Source: Trypanosoma brucei | Lineage: Eukaryota | Length of the DNA: 64,000 nucleotides | Direction: 5' to 3' | Assembly: GCA_000002445.1 (NCBI GenBank) | Contig: AL929603.2 | Coordinates: 224,001-288,000, forward strand | Shown here: positions 43,301 through 54,430 of the stretch, piece by piece | Position numbering within the stretch: the first letter of the stretch is position 1 | Layout of the letters: each line of letters starts with the position of its first letter | Translations under genes and position numbers: made by a program | Notes under the pieces: generated by a model | Told to the model about the DNA's origin: nothing | The model's database searches: none | What the model saw: the letters and a program-made list of their open reading frames with translations, nothing else

Positions 43301-46300
43301 GTGGAGTTTTCCTCCTTCTGTTGGTGCCCTGGAGAAGATGCAAAAAAGTCAGTAAGACCATCATTCTTCGCGAACGCGCTCTCTAAGCTCTCAACCATCA
43401 CTGTGACTTTTCCTTCCCATTGCGCGCCCACCTCCGTACGGTTTCGCTTGGCAGACACTGCCCTGGTCGGCATCGATGCCGTCACAGCACAATTGATGGA
43501 CTCACCTAGTAAGTCCAGTGATTCGCATAACTTGGAGGATGCACTATCCACACAGCCAACACCCGTGCTGCAGAGCCGTGAACACACTAAACGGACACGA
43601 CCGTAGAGAGCACCATATTGCTCCATGATGGCGTCTGCAATGGGTATTTCCGCGCGCCGCTGGCCTTCAGTTGTACAACATAATTTCCACAGCTCCTCCG
43701 TCAAGCAGTACAGCTCGTCTATGGTGGAACGTGAGCCCTCTAAATCAAAGATATGCTCTTGTAACATCCAACGAACATCGTACACGAAACTCTGAAGTTG
43801 TACACACATTTCCATTGAAGCGTGCAGCTGTTCAGCACCTGTTGGCACCGCGCGGTCCTCGCATGTGCTGATAAAATCACGCAGTAGAGCAATCTGCTGG
43901 TGCACTTCGCAAAAATTACCTATCAATTCTGCTTCTTGAACGGCAACGGCGAACAGCGATTCGGCAGTACCCGCTCCGCGTTTCACTTGGGCGTCGCTGA
44001 GATCTTTGTGAGGATGCTTTTCCGCGTCGCGCATGCGCTGGAGCCAGCGTACACCACGGTAATATTCCTGCGCAGCTTCCTCAATCCGCTTGCTAGCGAC
44101 AAGGTGTTTGTGAATATTACGACAAGGAAGGAGAGCACTACTTGTAGCAAACAACTCCTCCCAACCGGAAACCTGCAGAGCGTGCGTATGCGGCACACCC
44201 TTCTCTTCCATGACGGTAAACAGCGTCTTCAAGGCGCGTAACTTTTGGTTTTGTGGAACACTGCGCGCCTGCAGAGCGTTAACACGCTCAATGATTTCGT
44301 TAGCAGCGAATTTAAGGAACTCTACACCCTCCGACATGTAACCAGGAAGTTTTCCTTCGGCAGAGTCAGCATCTTCGCCTCCCGGAGGGGCTTCACACCC
44401 CGAAACCGCAGTTTTCGCCTTGGCATTTATTCTACCCATGCGCGATCTCTTCAGACCTATATCCACAGCGCCTTGGGCACCCTGCTTCTTATTTTTCTTC
44501 CCGTTCTTTTCCTCCAGCTGCAGTGAAGCCAGGGTGAACCCCATGGCCTGGTCATCCTCACATCGTTGCTCCTCCGTCGATATGATCTGCAGCACGGGCA
44601 TCCGCAGCACGTCTTCAAGTGATGCGAGACCGCGACCCATTTTTAGATGAGATTTTTCAGCAGTGGCACGGACCGCATAATAGGTAGAGTCCTCCCAGCG
44701 CATAATGCGAGTAAATTCCTCCATATCCTCCTCGATGGGTGAAAGCGCAATCCGCAGCTTCTGCTCCACTAACTGTGAGTACTGAGTAAAGAAATCCGTC
44801 AGGTGACACGAGGCGTTTGCAAGGGGAAACGATGAGCGCCTCCCCGCAGCGGCAAGATGAAACGCAAAAGCCTTCAGCAACCGCAGGCGGGCATGGAAAT
44901 CACCACAACGGGCGCCCCACATGAAGTCCATGCAGTAGTGAAAGAACTTGGCATAACGGTCCTGTAGCTCTTCCATTGGAATTGGTTGCTGGACGCCGGT
45001 AAGATCACATAGGCTGAACCATACCTTACCAACTTTCAGTTCCCACTCTTCTCGTTTCGCCGCAAACACCTGTCCCCAGCAATGCAATTCGAGCCTCCGC
45101 CAGCGCAACACAAACGTGGACAGATGTGTCATATGATCCATTATGGACGTATCACGGGAGGCATTGCGTTCCCATTCGTAACATTCTCTCAGAAGAATTT
45201 CACACCCCGTCATAACCTTCATCAACGGTGTGGTTAACACCGGTAGTGCTGCCAAGCAAGTGGCAATGCGGGAGCAGCGACGAAGTGAAGGCGTGTCTGG
45301 ATAAGCGGCGCTTAGCTCTGTGATGGCCTGCATGAGGCTTAGTAAGGAAGGATTGAAAGCCCGGAGCTCGGATGGTGCGGGGTCCGTGAAAATATTAAAC
45401 TTGATGGCTTTTGCTTCACTGAGGGGTGTCTCACTGGAAAAGAGACACTTCGACAACAATGTTGCCCGGGCGGCGAATCCGCCGGCCATCATTTGTTCGT
45501 CCTCTGCACGCACAAGCGACCCATCCTCATAAACACCACTGCATCCCCAGCCGCGCAGCTCCTTGGAAACAACGTCAAAAACGCCTTTGAATGCCTCCAA
45601 ATGCCTGTCGCCGCAGAAAGCACCACCGTCGTTAAGCTCAAGCAGACTTTCAAAGAAGTGATAGTGCGTGTCAAGTAGCCGCTGCATGTACTTTGCACCT
45701 TGTGGCCCCGACAACATTAAGCGGGCATGACGGCCCGTCGACAACGCAGACACCTCTGGCTTCGGAGCAGGATTTAAATCAACTTCGTCATTTGTGGCAT
45801 CTTCCATCTTATCGTCCTCGGCGTCGCGGGCACGAATAAACTCCTCTTCGTAACTAGGAAAAAGTTGTTTCAACAAACCCATGTGCGCTTCATCATCGCC
45901 TTCGATAATAACAGCCTTTTCCTTGTAGAGCACTGATAACTCCTGCTCGCTACGTTCTTTGGCCTCAAGTTCCTCAACCGCACGGTACAGCTCGCGGTAT
46001 GAATCGAAAAGCTTTTCAACAAAGTCGCGCTTGATCACTCGGGCTGGAGTGCACTGAACGAGCAGCAGGCAAGAATCAAGATACGCGAGGCGTTGTTGTA
46101 ACGACTGCGACCCGGAAGAAGGCAATACCGGTGAATTAATACTGGTTGATGGAAAATGCATCATCCGCACGGCATCTGGCACGCTAAAAATCATAGACTT
46201 CCGAACTGGCCGAGTTTGCATATAGTAGCCGATGTATGCAGCCAACGTTGCCGAAAGTGCTGGTTCCGAGACGGTGAGAGTCACGTCTTCGTACCCTCCA

Positions 46301-49300
46301 TAATTATCCAACACATCGATGAACTGCTGATAAACGACTTCACTCCATGCTTTCCGCGCAGCGGCAGTTTCTGACCTTCGCTGCGCGACCACCACCTCCA
46401 GCCGACTATCGCTCAGCATGGAACTGCACGTCTGATGAAGCAAATCCACAAGTTGTGCGAATTTCGCGCCCGTCGAGTCGGGCCTCACGACGACCTTCTC
46501 TAACGCCCTTGCCAGGTGAGCTTCCTCCTCTGCTTGCAACCCCTGCAGAAGCAACCTCTGCCGACTACAACTGCCTCTCATTGATAATTCTTCTGACCAA
46601 CTAAACGCCGCATCTAAGCGCGAGAAATATACCAGCTCATTCCTTGCGACTTCTCTCTTTACTAGCCACTTGTACATGGGGTCAATTGGTGTTCTTGGAA
46701 CGAGCATTCGGCACCGCAACACCCCAACAAGAGCTATGCGACGCAGGGAATCATCCGGAGTGAAATCATTGCTGTGCACTATCATTGATAGCACCGGACG
46801 CAAGGCATCAATAAGTGGATTTCCTTGAGTTTCGGCTAGGAGAGTGCGCAGTTTGCTTAGTAATTGAACTAACATGGCAGTGGAGGGTTCTTCCGGAACT
46901 GAAAACCCATTCGTGTTCAGAGCACGATGCGGGACTTGGCACATCTCCAGTAGAGATAGAGCATCAGTCAGACAGTTTGCCTCCCATTCTTCAAATGGGT
47001 CCACCTTCGGCATAGGCAGCACACGGCAAAACTCCAACAGGTTATCAAGAGCACGCACATGGGGATTACTCTTTGAGTCGATTGCTGCGACCGACACCTC
47101 TGCGGCATAGTCAAGTGCGTCGCTAGCAAGACTTGTCCAAGACCCACAAAGAATGTGACGCCCACCGTTCAACCCGTACCGCGATAAGAAGTTAGTTGTA
47201 AGTAGGGGCACCAGTGAAGATAGAGCGGCAGCATCACGTTCCACAACAAGCGGTATGGTTGTTACCTCCCGCCACAGGGTCACATTGAGCTGTGGTACAA
47301 CGCGCAACTTCGTACAGTAAATATTAACAAACTCGAGAACCTCGCACTGCAGACGTTTCGCAACAGGCACAGAGCAGTTCGCCCTCAACTGTTGTGCCCG
47401 AAGAACCAGTGAGAATTCAGCCCGAAATATTGCACTGTCCCAGAGAGATTTCAGCAAACATTCGTGCTTTTCATGTAACGCGCTGGTAGCCGATGCCTTC
47501 CATGCAACCAGCGCCGCTCGCTCTTCCGCTGTCGTTATATGAGGGCGAACGATGCGTTTTCGAATGTTCAACCCCTCCAACACGAGCTGAAATGGAAGTC
47601 CAAGATAATTGCGCAATGACGATAAAAATTCATCTACGGCGCCAAAAAAGATGTCGGCGGTTGAGCCCAACTGCTTCTTTATCACAGAACGAATAAGTAA
47701 TACGTTCGTCAGCAGCGAAACGTAGTTGTCCACATTAATTTGATATTGAGGGAACGACGAACACACCAAACGCGCCAGTGGCCCCAGTAGCCGAAAGATC
47801 CGTTGCTGAAGAGACGGAGAAGAAAGCACCTCGACTACCTTTCCCATCGCGGAAAGCACTCGGTTAAAAGAGTTGTTGACCACCGGCGAGTCTGAGATAA
47901 AAATGTTAGCGTCACGAAGGGCTTTTAGTGACGACGCGTGTGGCCCCAACACCGGTGCGGAGGAGCACCAGATGGAATCTAGGTGGGCAGCGGCATCAGT
48001 TGTGGGCTGCAGAGATATAAGCGAAAGCACATCATTCATGCCCTGTTCAGACAGAGCATCCCCAATGGTCCAACAAAGTAATTGTCTCCGGGATTCAAAC
48101 AAAATATGGCTCAGAACACCGTCGGCACATTGATCAAGCACAAAATAAAGCACTAGATCTGATAGAGAATGACATTTTTGGTGACTTCCCTCGGCGGTTA
48201 ACTGAGCCCTTAGAGCCAACCCACTGCGAAGGACACGAATGCGTACTAGCGCTTCTTCTACGCTTTCTAGGGCCGATCCACTACCCTCACTGCTTCCAGT
48301 CACGGAAAGGGCGCTCAGAAGATCTGCTACGGAGGGAAAACACCTGCATGCATCTGACTCCCCTGCGGCCACAAGCATATCCAAATTCGTGGCCACCTCA
48401 TCCTTTCGAACATTCCAATGTCCACAACGGTTGTCAATGTATTTGTGACGAATAAACATCTTGAGGTCCTCCAGGTTGCTTGCCGCTGAAAGCATTGAAG
48501 CAGTCTTCACTAGGGTAAAAGTGTTAGGCGTACCTGAAGCTAGAGCGTCTGAAAGCTGAGTAGACATAGGCAAGGCAGAATCAGCGCTGAACAGACTGCG
48601 CAGAAACTCACGGTGGTAGCGGTTTAACATCTCAAGGTGCTCTACGCTTCGGCATGACGTACTTGCTCCGCTAATCGCGAGACTCTCCAGTGAAGGTATT
48701 TCCACTGGATGGACATAGATTTCAACCGCTCGGTTTCTCATAGCCCTCGACACCTCACCATACTTAGGATCGAGGGTCATGAAGAGACGAAAATTCGGGT
48801 GAGGTCGCACGACACGAACTTGGCCGTCAACAAGTCCCTGTTCATTCACAGAAAGCATACCGTTAGGCTCAACAAGTGGGTTGAGTCGATCCAGCACGCT
48901 GGCATTGCAGTAATTAACGTTGTCAAGAACAAGCCAATGACCACTTTGCATGGCCTCCAAAATCAACGAATCGCTCCACTCGAATTGTCCCTGTTTACCC
49001 TCCACCTGATCAAAACCGCCCAGCAGGTCAACAGTGTCACAACTGGCGTTCATAGAGAAGGTTAGCAACCGCGCTCCCGCGAGTGCCGCTGCGGCTCGAA
49101 TGCAAAATGTTTTACCGGCGCCGGTCGGGCCCGCCAATATGCAGAGTTGATTCTGCTCGGCACATGTAAGCAATGAGCGAACAACCCCCGCCTGAGAAGG
49201 GAGAAGCATCAAAGAGTTGTACGCGGTATCAATGAAAGGATTTGATCCCTGCACTCTGCGTGTCAGGAACCGAGACCCAAAGTGCACTGCATCATTTGCG

Positions 49301-52300
49301 ATGAGAAAGTGGGATTCCTGAAACGTGAGGCCACACATAGCGGAACTCCCAAATATCTTCTCAACCAACTCAACTGTTCTCTTCCGGTCAGTGTCAGTGC
49401 GCATACGTTGTGTGAAGAGCATGTCGACAAACTCACACGGCATGTCCATCACGCCGTATGCTTCCATCAACTTGGCCCAGCGTAAGATGTCACGCAAGTT
49501 GAACTCCCAAGGACTCCCGCGAACACCAAACGCACGGCGAACGACCACCTCTCGGTGGAGTTCATCTACGAAGCCCACCATCTTGCAGAGGGTTGCCTCA
49601 CCGATACCAGGAGCGACGGCAACAACAATACGCATAAGGTCTTCAACGTCAAAAGGCTCGATTCTTACCCTTGTGAACCTGTTTAGGAAGCTGCGAGGGA
49701 GACCCTTTCTCCCACCTCCTTCTGCTAGAGGGTTTTGACAAGCAAAAACACGAAAACCATCTGCAGCCTGAAACTCCTCACCCAACTCCGGAATGAAAAC
49801 CGTAGAGCGATGATCGAGAAGGGCGTTGAGGCCTTCCAGGACAGATTGACTTGCGAGATTCAGTTCGTCCAGGATCACCCACCACCCATTCTTAAGCGCA
49901 TGTAGGAGAACGCCGTCTGACCACGAAAATTGCGGACCGCCGGAGTCTCCAGAGGAGGGACATGGTAAAAACGTGCCGAAAAGATCCATTATATCGGTTT
50001 GCTCGCTCAAGTTGACACGGACAACATGTTTCCGCAGGGCACACCCCAGTGCTTCGACGATACTTGTCTTACCAACACCAGGGCTTCCTTCCAGCAGAAT
50101 TGCACGGCGCATAATGCCCGCGCGAACGAGTTTGGATAGGTTTCGACTGGTAGAGGGCGCGCCGAAGAAAAAACGCCCCTTCATCTCAGGAGGTAACGTC
50201 GGTTCCTCCAGTGTGTCGAAGAGCTCCCAGAAGGGCTCACGCAGACAATCACTGCTCACTTTACAAACTTCCCTCACTTTCGCTATGAGTGCCTCACGCA
50301 AACCGTGTGTTCCCATGTCAGATTGCCCAGTGCCCACACCGACACCGTCGAGAATGACGGCGTCAAGACCATGGACAAACGACACTTGTTCGTCACAATG
50401 ACCATCGGCAGCATTCATGAAACTAACCCAGCCAATTATGTCGCGAATGCTTATGTGCTGCGGCACCCCTGCAACTGAACATACGCTCGCTGCATCACAC
50501 AGTAGTGAGGCCATATGCGCCGCCCAGTGCGAAAGATTTTGATTCAACCGCTTGGAAAGAATAAGGGTCACCTCTTCACGCTCCACTGTTGGTCTGACAT
50601 AAATTTCAGTAAACCTGTTTCGAAGAGCGGGCGACAGCTCGCGCTTTCCAAAATCTCCACCAGGGTTCATTGTTGCAAGAATGCGAAAGTCCTCATGGGC
50701 GAAAATGACATCTGCTGTGCTCTTTTCAGCAAGGGTTACTGTTCGACCCGGTTCAAGGACACTATTCAACCTCTCAAGGACGCTATCCTCAGCAAGGGAG
50801 ATTTCGTCCAAAACAAATACCCCTCCTTTTAGCATGCATTCAACCAGCGGGCCATTTCGCCATTGAAAAATTGCGCTGCTTTGCTGATTTGGAAGAGCAG
50901 GTCGAAGGCTCCCAAGAAAGTCAGCAGCTTCACTATGCTGATGACAGTTGACAATACTAAGCCGACGTTGCAAAATTGCTGCCCAAACTTGGCAGACTGT
51001 TGTCTTGCTGCTTCCCGTCTCCCCCACCAACAACACAGGTTCTCGGTGAAAAAGACAAATACCTACCACAGTAAATAAACGCAACATGGACTCAGTCCAC
51101 ACGATACCGAATTCCTCCGCCACACGACTTTCCACATGCTTGTAGTGTTCGGCAACGTACGGCCAATGATGTGGTGAATAAATGTCACCTTCGTTGAGCT
51201 CAGTTTTTGTGATCGACTCAATAACATCCTTAACGATCTGGCGCTCCTCAGTCTTCCGGCAACGCTCTACCAACAAGAGAAACCCATGTTCTGCCATTTC
51301 CTGATATGTCCCAGGGCACCGCTCAGCCCAACGAAAAAGATCCCGCGGAGTCACGAAACCGTGACGACCTGCAAATACCCGAGAACCCTGACGTCGTATT
51401 TGAAGAGTGGTCATGACCTCCACCATTTTTTCGGCAAAACTCGGACTAAGAGAGTACCGTTGACAAAGAATGGTGCACAGCTCTGTGTTGGGTATATCAT
51501 CGACGGTGATTTCCAAAAATCGATTACGAAACGCTCTTGATAAGAGCTTGCGGCCCCCGTACACACCTGCTGGGTTCTGAGTGGCAAATATGCGCAGATG
51601 TGGATGAGGTTTTATTGTTTCTTGAGTGTCTGCGACAAAAAGTTCATGGTTATCATCAAGTAAGCGATTGAGGGCCTCCAGGACTTCAGTGGGGGCAAGA
51701 TTCAGTTCGTCTAACATAATCCAATACCCATTGCGCACGGCGTCAACTAAAATACCGTCTACAAAGCGGAGTTTACCGCGTTCATCCGAAATGTAGTGAC
51801 CCACATATTCCTGAATTTCCGTACTCTCGTGGTTATTTATTCTGATGAACTTGTGCCCCGTAAACTCGGCAAGGTACTTCACCATGGAGCTTTTCCCGGA
51901 TGATGTTGGACCCTCTAACAGTACCGGCCGATCCGCGAACACTGCTCGAGCGACGTTCAACAAGTGCCCTTTAACACTAGGTGTTAAAATAAAGGACTCA
52001 TCCTTGCGAGGCTCCTCCGATCCAACAGGTAACCAAATGTGCTCATACGCCACAAAACGTCCCCCAGAAGGGCAACGCGGCAGGGTCGGTCGCGGTGGCT
52101 CTCCATTGCCAAATACATGTTTCTTAATTAATTGTTCAACAATAGAGTGAAACTGCCGCTCCAGAGGAGTTGCAAATCCCAACATTAAACCGTCAAACAA
52201 AGCGAGGGCAAACCCATACTGCGATGTGGCTTTCCGCACATAAGTAAGAGCACGTGTCAAAGTCCTCAAACTAACTGTGGGTGGCTTCGTCCCGCCATCC

Positions 52301-54186
52301 AAAGAACATAAAGCCGATTTGGCCTTTCCAACATACTCTAGGAAAAACGAAGTCACCTCTTGAATCTTGCAATCCGTTGCCAAGTGGCCAATAAACTCAC
52401 TAACCACAATGCTAATATCACCCTGCTCAAAAGGCTCACTAACATATATCTCGGTAAATTTGGAGCGCAGCGATGGCGGAATATCCTTCTTACCGACGTC
52501 AGTAGGGGGGTTCATGTTTGCAAAAACGTGAAAATTTTTGTGCCTCTTAATTGGTTCGCTTCCAACCTTATCTGTCAGATATAACGCATCAACATCCCCT
52601 AAGACAGCCGAAACTCTTTCCAGTATCTCGGTAGACGCAAGATTCACCTCATCTAAGAGGATCCAGTAACCCTCTCTCCATGCCCTGGTCAAAGACCCTT
52701 CTTCAAAACGAAAGGCAAATGTATTCCTCGTGGTGTGAAGTGTCGCCAACAAATCCTGGGTTACATTCTCGAGATTAAGCCATCGCTCCTGGAGTTCAGT
52801 TGAGAAAGGGTGTTGAATATTCTTCAACTTAAACGAGCTGCATCCCTTAAGAATTTGTCTGACGACGACGAGCCACGAGCACTTTTTCATTGACATCTGG
52901 ACTGCGCTGAGAAATTCTGCATTTCGAGAAGCGTTAAAACATTGCGAAAAAAGATCCACAAAATCCTGATACGCGTTCCTCACAGCAACACCCACGTCGA
53001 GTGGTTTCCAACCTCCCATGAAATCACTTGTATCGGTTTGTTGGTCAAGATTGTGAACAATCAGCTTTTGACCAACCTTGTCGGCAAGATACTGAACGAC
53101 AAATGTTTTTCCAACTCCAGTTTCACCTGTCAAAAGGACATTCTCCTGTGCATCAACAGCGGCTGCTATCCGTTCCAAGAGAGACATGGAATGTTTGGTG
53201 GCTGCAAATACCGCAGTAGTTTTTAGATCGCCACTCAGGCAACCATACAGGGGCAGTGTAACTCGACCAACGGTAAAGTACTCCGCTCCCGATCGCATTT
53301 CCGGTTTGCTCTGGTAAGCAAGCGAATCGGCAACATTCGGCAAAATACCTACACATTCAGCCATAATATTGATGATGCGGATCAATTCATCACATTTTGG
53401 GAAGCCTGCCAACATACAGTCGTATGCTTCACGAAACATCATCTCACGAATTGTGGATGAAATAAATTCGTTGGAGAGGTTGGTGTTGGGAAGCCTCCTG
53501 CTCACTCGTTTGCACCACTTAAGTAACGACCGAAGGGTCACTAGTGAAGTGCCAAACAAACGAGACGGAAGGGTCGTCAGTGCAGAAACTACGCTTCTCG
53601 GAACGGAGTACAACGACGTTGCGACAACACAAATCTCCTCAGGGGGCAAACTTTTTAATACCGTAACCCCCCAAAGTTCACCAAAGGGTACGGAGTTACT
53701 CTTACGCGTCGTAAAAGTGTCACCAACAGATCGCAACTGCTGGGTGGCAATAATTCTGAAATTCGGATGGGCATTGATGCGTTTATTTTTATCCGGCAAA
53801 AATAGTGTAGACTCCTCAAGAAGAGAAAGTAAAACTGAAAAAACATCGAACGATGCTAGATCGATATCTTCCATTAGAATCCACAGACCATTTGCTACCG
53901 CAGTAGTCAGAGGACCTGGTACCCATTCGAACGCTCCGGGCACATCTGTTGCTGAGAACTTCCCAAGCAAGTCCCTGCTATCAAACGAATCGTCGACGTT
54001 TATCTGAATCATTGTACTGTACGCACCACATTCTTCCGCTAAGGCCTTAACAAAAAAACTCTTACCACACCCAACCTCACCTTGAACGAGAACAGCCCGT
54101 GATGTGTCAAGAGTTACCTTAAGGTTTCTGAGGTTCTGTTCGCTCACGGCCGTCAAGATCATTGTCTGCCAACCAAGCATGTACAT
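40384..54186 (-). CDS. MDN1: midasin (MDN1/Rea1-type AAA ATPase), 4,600 aa: six AAA protomers, a linker, a D/E-rich domain and a C-terminal MIDAS/VWA domain
   Basis: Six Walker A motifs occur in order: GEVGCGKS, GETGVGKT, GPTSSGKS, GETGSSKT, GSPGVGKT, GPTGAGKT. A very long Asp/Glu-rich segment lies at ~41.4-43.0 kb. The C-terminal VWA domain carries a MIDAS motif (ILVALDDSLSMQ). Confidence 0.95.
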   Translation of the reverse strand: MYMLGWQTMILTAVSEQNLRNLKVTLDTSRAVLVQGEVGCGKSFFVKALAEECGAYSTMIQINVDDSFDSRDLLGKFSATDVPGAFEWVPGPLTTAVANGLWILMEDIDLASFDVFSVLLSLLEESTLFLPDKNKRINAHPNFRIIATQQLRSVGDTFTTRKSNSVPFGELWGVTVLKSLPPEEICVVATSLYSVPRSVVSALTTLPSRLFGTSLVTLRSLLKWCKRVSRRLPNTNLSNEFISSTIREMMFREAYDCMLAGFPKCDELIRIINIMAECVGILPNVADSLAYQSKPEMRSGAEYFTVGRVTLPLYGCLSGDLKTTAVFAATKHSMSLLERIAAAVDAQENVLLTGETGVGKTFVVQYLADKVGQKLIVHNLDQQTDTSDFMGGWKPLDVGVAVRNAYQDFVDLFSQCFNASRNAEFLSAVQMSMKKCSWLVVVRQILKGCSSFKLKNIQHPFSTELQERWLNLENVTQDLLATLHTTRNTFAFRFEEGSLTRAWREGYWILLDEVNLASTEILERVSAVLGDVDALYLTDKVGSEPIKRHKNFHVFANMNPPTDVGKKDIPPSLRSKFTEIYVSEPFEQGDISIVVSEFIGHLATDCKIQEVTSFFLEYVGKAKSALCSLDGGTKPPTVSLRTLTRALTYVRKATSQYGFALALFDGLMLGFATPLERQFHSIVEQLIKKHVFGNGEPPRPTLPRCPSGGRFVAYEHIWLPVGSEEPRKDESFILTPSVKGHLLNVARAVFADRPVLLEGPTSSGKSSMVKYLAEFTGHKFIRINNHESTEIQEYVGHYISDERGKLRFVDGILVDAVRNGYWIMLDELNLAPTEVLEALNRLLDDNHELFVADTQETIKPHPHLRIFATQNPAGVYGGRKLLSRAFRNRFLEITVDDIPNTELCTILCQRYSLSPSFAEKMVEVMTTLQIRRQGSRVFAGRHGFVTPRDLFRWAERCPGTYQEMAEHGFLLLVERCRKTEERQIVKDVIESITKTELNEGDIYSPHHWPYVAEHYKHVESRVAEEFGIVWTESMLRLFTVVGICLFHREPVLLVGETGSSKTTVCQVWAAILQRRLSIVNCHQHSEAADFLGSLRPALPNQQSSAIFQWRNGPLVECMLKGGVFVLDEISLAEDSVLERLNSVLEPGRTVTLAEKSTADVIFAHEDFRILATMNPGGDFGKRELSPALRNRFTEIYVRPTVEREEVTLILSKRLNQNLSHWAAHMASLLCDAASVCSVAGVPQHISIRDIIGWVSFMNAADGHCDEQVSFVHGLDAVILDGVGVGTGQSDMGTHGLREALIAKVREVCKVSSDCLREPFWELFDTLEEPTLPPEMKGRFFFGAPSTSRNLSKLVRAGIMRRAILLEGSPGVGKTSIVEALGCALRKHVVRVNLSEQTDIMDLFGTFLPCPSSGDSGGPQFSWSDGVLLHALKNGWWVILDELNLASQSVLEGLNALLDHRSTVFIPELGEEFQAADGFRVFACQNPLAEGGGRKGLPRSFLNRFTRVRIEPFDVEDLMRIVVAVAPGIGEATLCKMVGFVDELHREVVVRRAFGVRGSPWEFNLRDILRWAKLMEAYGVMDMPCEFVDMLFTQRMRTDTDRKRTVELVEKIFGSSAMCGLTFQESHFLIANDAVHFGSRFLTRRVQGSNPFIDTAYNSLMLLPSQAGVVRSLLTCAEQNQLCILAGPTGAGKTFCIRAAAALAGARLLTFSMNASCDTVDLLGGFDQVEGKQGQFEWSDSLILEAMQSGHWLVLDNVNYCNASVLDRLNPLVEPNGMLSVNEQGLVDGQVRVVRPHPNFRLFMTLDPKYGEVSRAMRNRAVEIYVHPVEIPSLESLAISGASTSCRSVEHLEMLNRYHREFLRSLFSADSALPMSTQLSDALASGTPNTFTLVKTASMLSAASNLEDLKMFIRHKYIDNRCGHWNVRKDEVATNLDMLVAAGESDACRCFPSVADLLSALSVTGSSEGSGSALESVEEALVRIRVLRSGLALRAQLTAEGSHQKCHSLSDLVLYFVLDQCADGVLSHILFESRRQLLCWTIGDALSEQGMNDVLSLISLQPTTDAAAHLDSIWCSSAPVLGPHASSLKALRDANIFISDSPVVNNSFNRVLSAMGKVVEVLSSPSLQQRIFRLLGPLARLVCSSFPQYQINVDNYVSLLTNVLLIRSVIKKQLGSTADIFFGAVDEFLSSLRNYLGLPFQLVLEGLNIRKRIVRPHITTAEERAALVAWKASATSALHEKHECLLKSLWDSAIFRAEFSLVLRAQQLRANCSVPVAKRLQCEVLEFVNIYCTKLRVVPQLNVTLWREVTTIPLVVERDAAALSSLVPLLTTNFLSRYGLNGGRHILCGSWTSLASDALDYAAEVSVAAIDSKSNPHVRALDNLLEFCRVLPMPKVDPFEEWEANCLTDALSLLEMCQVPHRALNTNGFSVPEEPSTAMLVQLLSKLRTLLAETQGNPLIDALRPVLSMIVHSNDFTPDDSLRRIALVGVLRCRMLVPRTPIDPMYKWLVKREVARNELVYFSRLDAAFSWSEELSMRGSCSRQRLLLQGLQAEEEAHLARALEKVVVRPDSTGAKFAQLVDLLHQTCSSMLSDSRLEVVVAQRRSETAAARKAWSEVVYQQFIDVLDNYGGYEDVTLTVSEPALSATLAAYIGYYMQTRPVRKSMIFSVPDAVRMMHFPSTSINSPVLPSSGSQSLQQRLAYLDSCLLLVQCTPARVIKRDFVEKLFDSYRELYRAVEELEAKERSEQELSVLYKEKAVIIEGDDEAHMGLLKQLFPSYEEEFIRARDAEDDKMEDATNDEVDLNPAPKPEVSALSTGRHARLMLSGPQGAKYMQRLLDTHYHFFESLLELNDGGAFCGDRHLEAFKGVFDVVSKELRGWGCSGVYEDGSLVRAEDEQMMAGGFAARATLLSKCLFSSETPLSEAKAIKFNIFTDPAPSELRAFNPSLLSLMQAITELSAAYPDTPSLRRCSRIATCLAALPVLTTPLMKVMTGCEILLRECYEWERNASRDTSIMDHMTHLSTFVLRWRRLELHCWGQVFAAKREEWELKVGKVWFSLCDLTGVQQPIPMEELQDRYAKFFHYCMDFMWGARCGDFHARLRLLKAFAFHLAAAGRRSSFPLANASCHLTDFFTQYSQLVEQKLRIALSPIEEDMEEFTRIMRWEDSTYYAVRATAEKSHLKMGRGLASLEDVLRMPVLQIISTEEQRCEDDQAMGFTLASLQLEEKNGKKNKKQGAQGAVDIGLKRSRMGRINAKAKTAVSGCEAPPGGEDADSAEGKLPGYMSEGVEFLKFAANEIIERVNALQARSVPQNQKLRALKTLFTVMEEKGVPHTHALQVSGWEELFATSSALLPCRNIHKHLVASKRIEEAAQEYYRGVRWLQRMRDAEKHPHKDLSDAQVKRGAGTAESLFAVAVQEAELIGNFCEVHQQIALLRDFISTCEDRAVPTGAEQLHASMEMCVQLQSFVYDVRWMLQEHIFDLEGSRSTIDELYCLTEELWKLCCTTEGQRRAEIPIADAIMEQYGALYGRVRLVCSRLCSTGVGCVDSASSKLCESLDLLGESINCAVTASMPTRAVSAKRNRTEVGAQWEGKVTVMVESLESAFAKNDGLTDFFASSPGHQQKEENSTGGGGTDLVYRRYAETVGKLLAEARTAHSSLHTLLHDETHDRKISSAARTQLLSRLDVCVEHVGLLLQGATRALLAQSHLTLVVSRLLCILFRKGFCKSEEEEEEDGDGDGESGDGNQLDGTGMDDGQGEKDVTDQIENEDQLMSAKDKNDEEQEEKQQDKGDGSSDGEDNAADVETDFAAPKERRDDDDEEDEDDGDESEREMGSVDGEEVQERKRMKKETNEGNDLDSDDGGNADDVPEDELANEEESIDGNEGDQETANFENREAAIREAEEQQQGEDHDLAADVLEGGENDSHDGGDGDGESNTCSDEGEREGSEGDDDDNAGDSDDEAHNGSGEASSVLSDNARDIEGEDNGKDDNEGEGTCDSGDFCEDKEDDWADENVYNGGQQDEHAGEEATEEREKESKKRPRAAQQEAGTTEEQQPGEEEQQDEAGRNWKRQNRDERTQHRDNAERHNTSRNPYRAIKEAVERHQRSVQQLNLNKRVEVKKHREADNQQQNEQQSNRKEVVDEFEFDEEGEEEGMAATDEKPVVPTEATNNLPEQREVADPFSESGTSEELDEGNDEDTPPRHRKHAVEVSVDTESSEEEGDEEDAEKKKARRHVKVASKIRNDNEEEEDSFDDDDKTADSTGGGEYDKLCRGRELWQEQTAAVHTLSHQLCEQLRLILSPTVADKLQGDYKTGKRLNMKRIIPYIASQFKKDRIWLRRTKPNKRSYQILVALDDSLSMQCNNAGIMSCRAVALIAEALQQLEVGELGIACFGKETRIVHEMHEPFVAESGPRAFSEITFAQKSTNLKLLLETTLDYLDDARRRMNGQIRSSTQRLQQMMFIISDGQITEDRMELRKLLMRAEENHQMVVFVLLDVKASGGENDNNGAAPLAPISAKELAGMTPAQRMRRLKAERDSRLQRVKSNSVLDMQLVEFRDGSVVRRSYMEEFPFPHYLIVRELETLPSAIADALRQWFELLNVQH

Positions 54187-54430
54187 TTCAAATTAAGTGA
54201 ACGTCAAAAAGGGGTGAGAAGAGTAAGTTATGTCAGGCTCAAAATGACGAGTCTGCGTTACAAAAATCCTCCATCATTCTCAGCATTAGTTTCTTTTTTA
54301 AAAGGGGGAGGAATAGAACGGAGTTAGACAGAACATGATATTCAGAAATACTGGATCTCAGCTCCTGCATTTGGCATGTCCACACATCAAAAAAAAACAT
54401 ATACTATTGGCAACATGTGCGAAAGGGCAT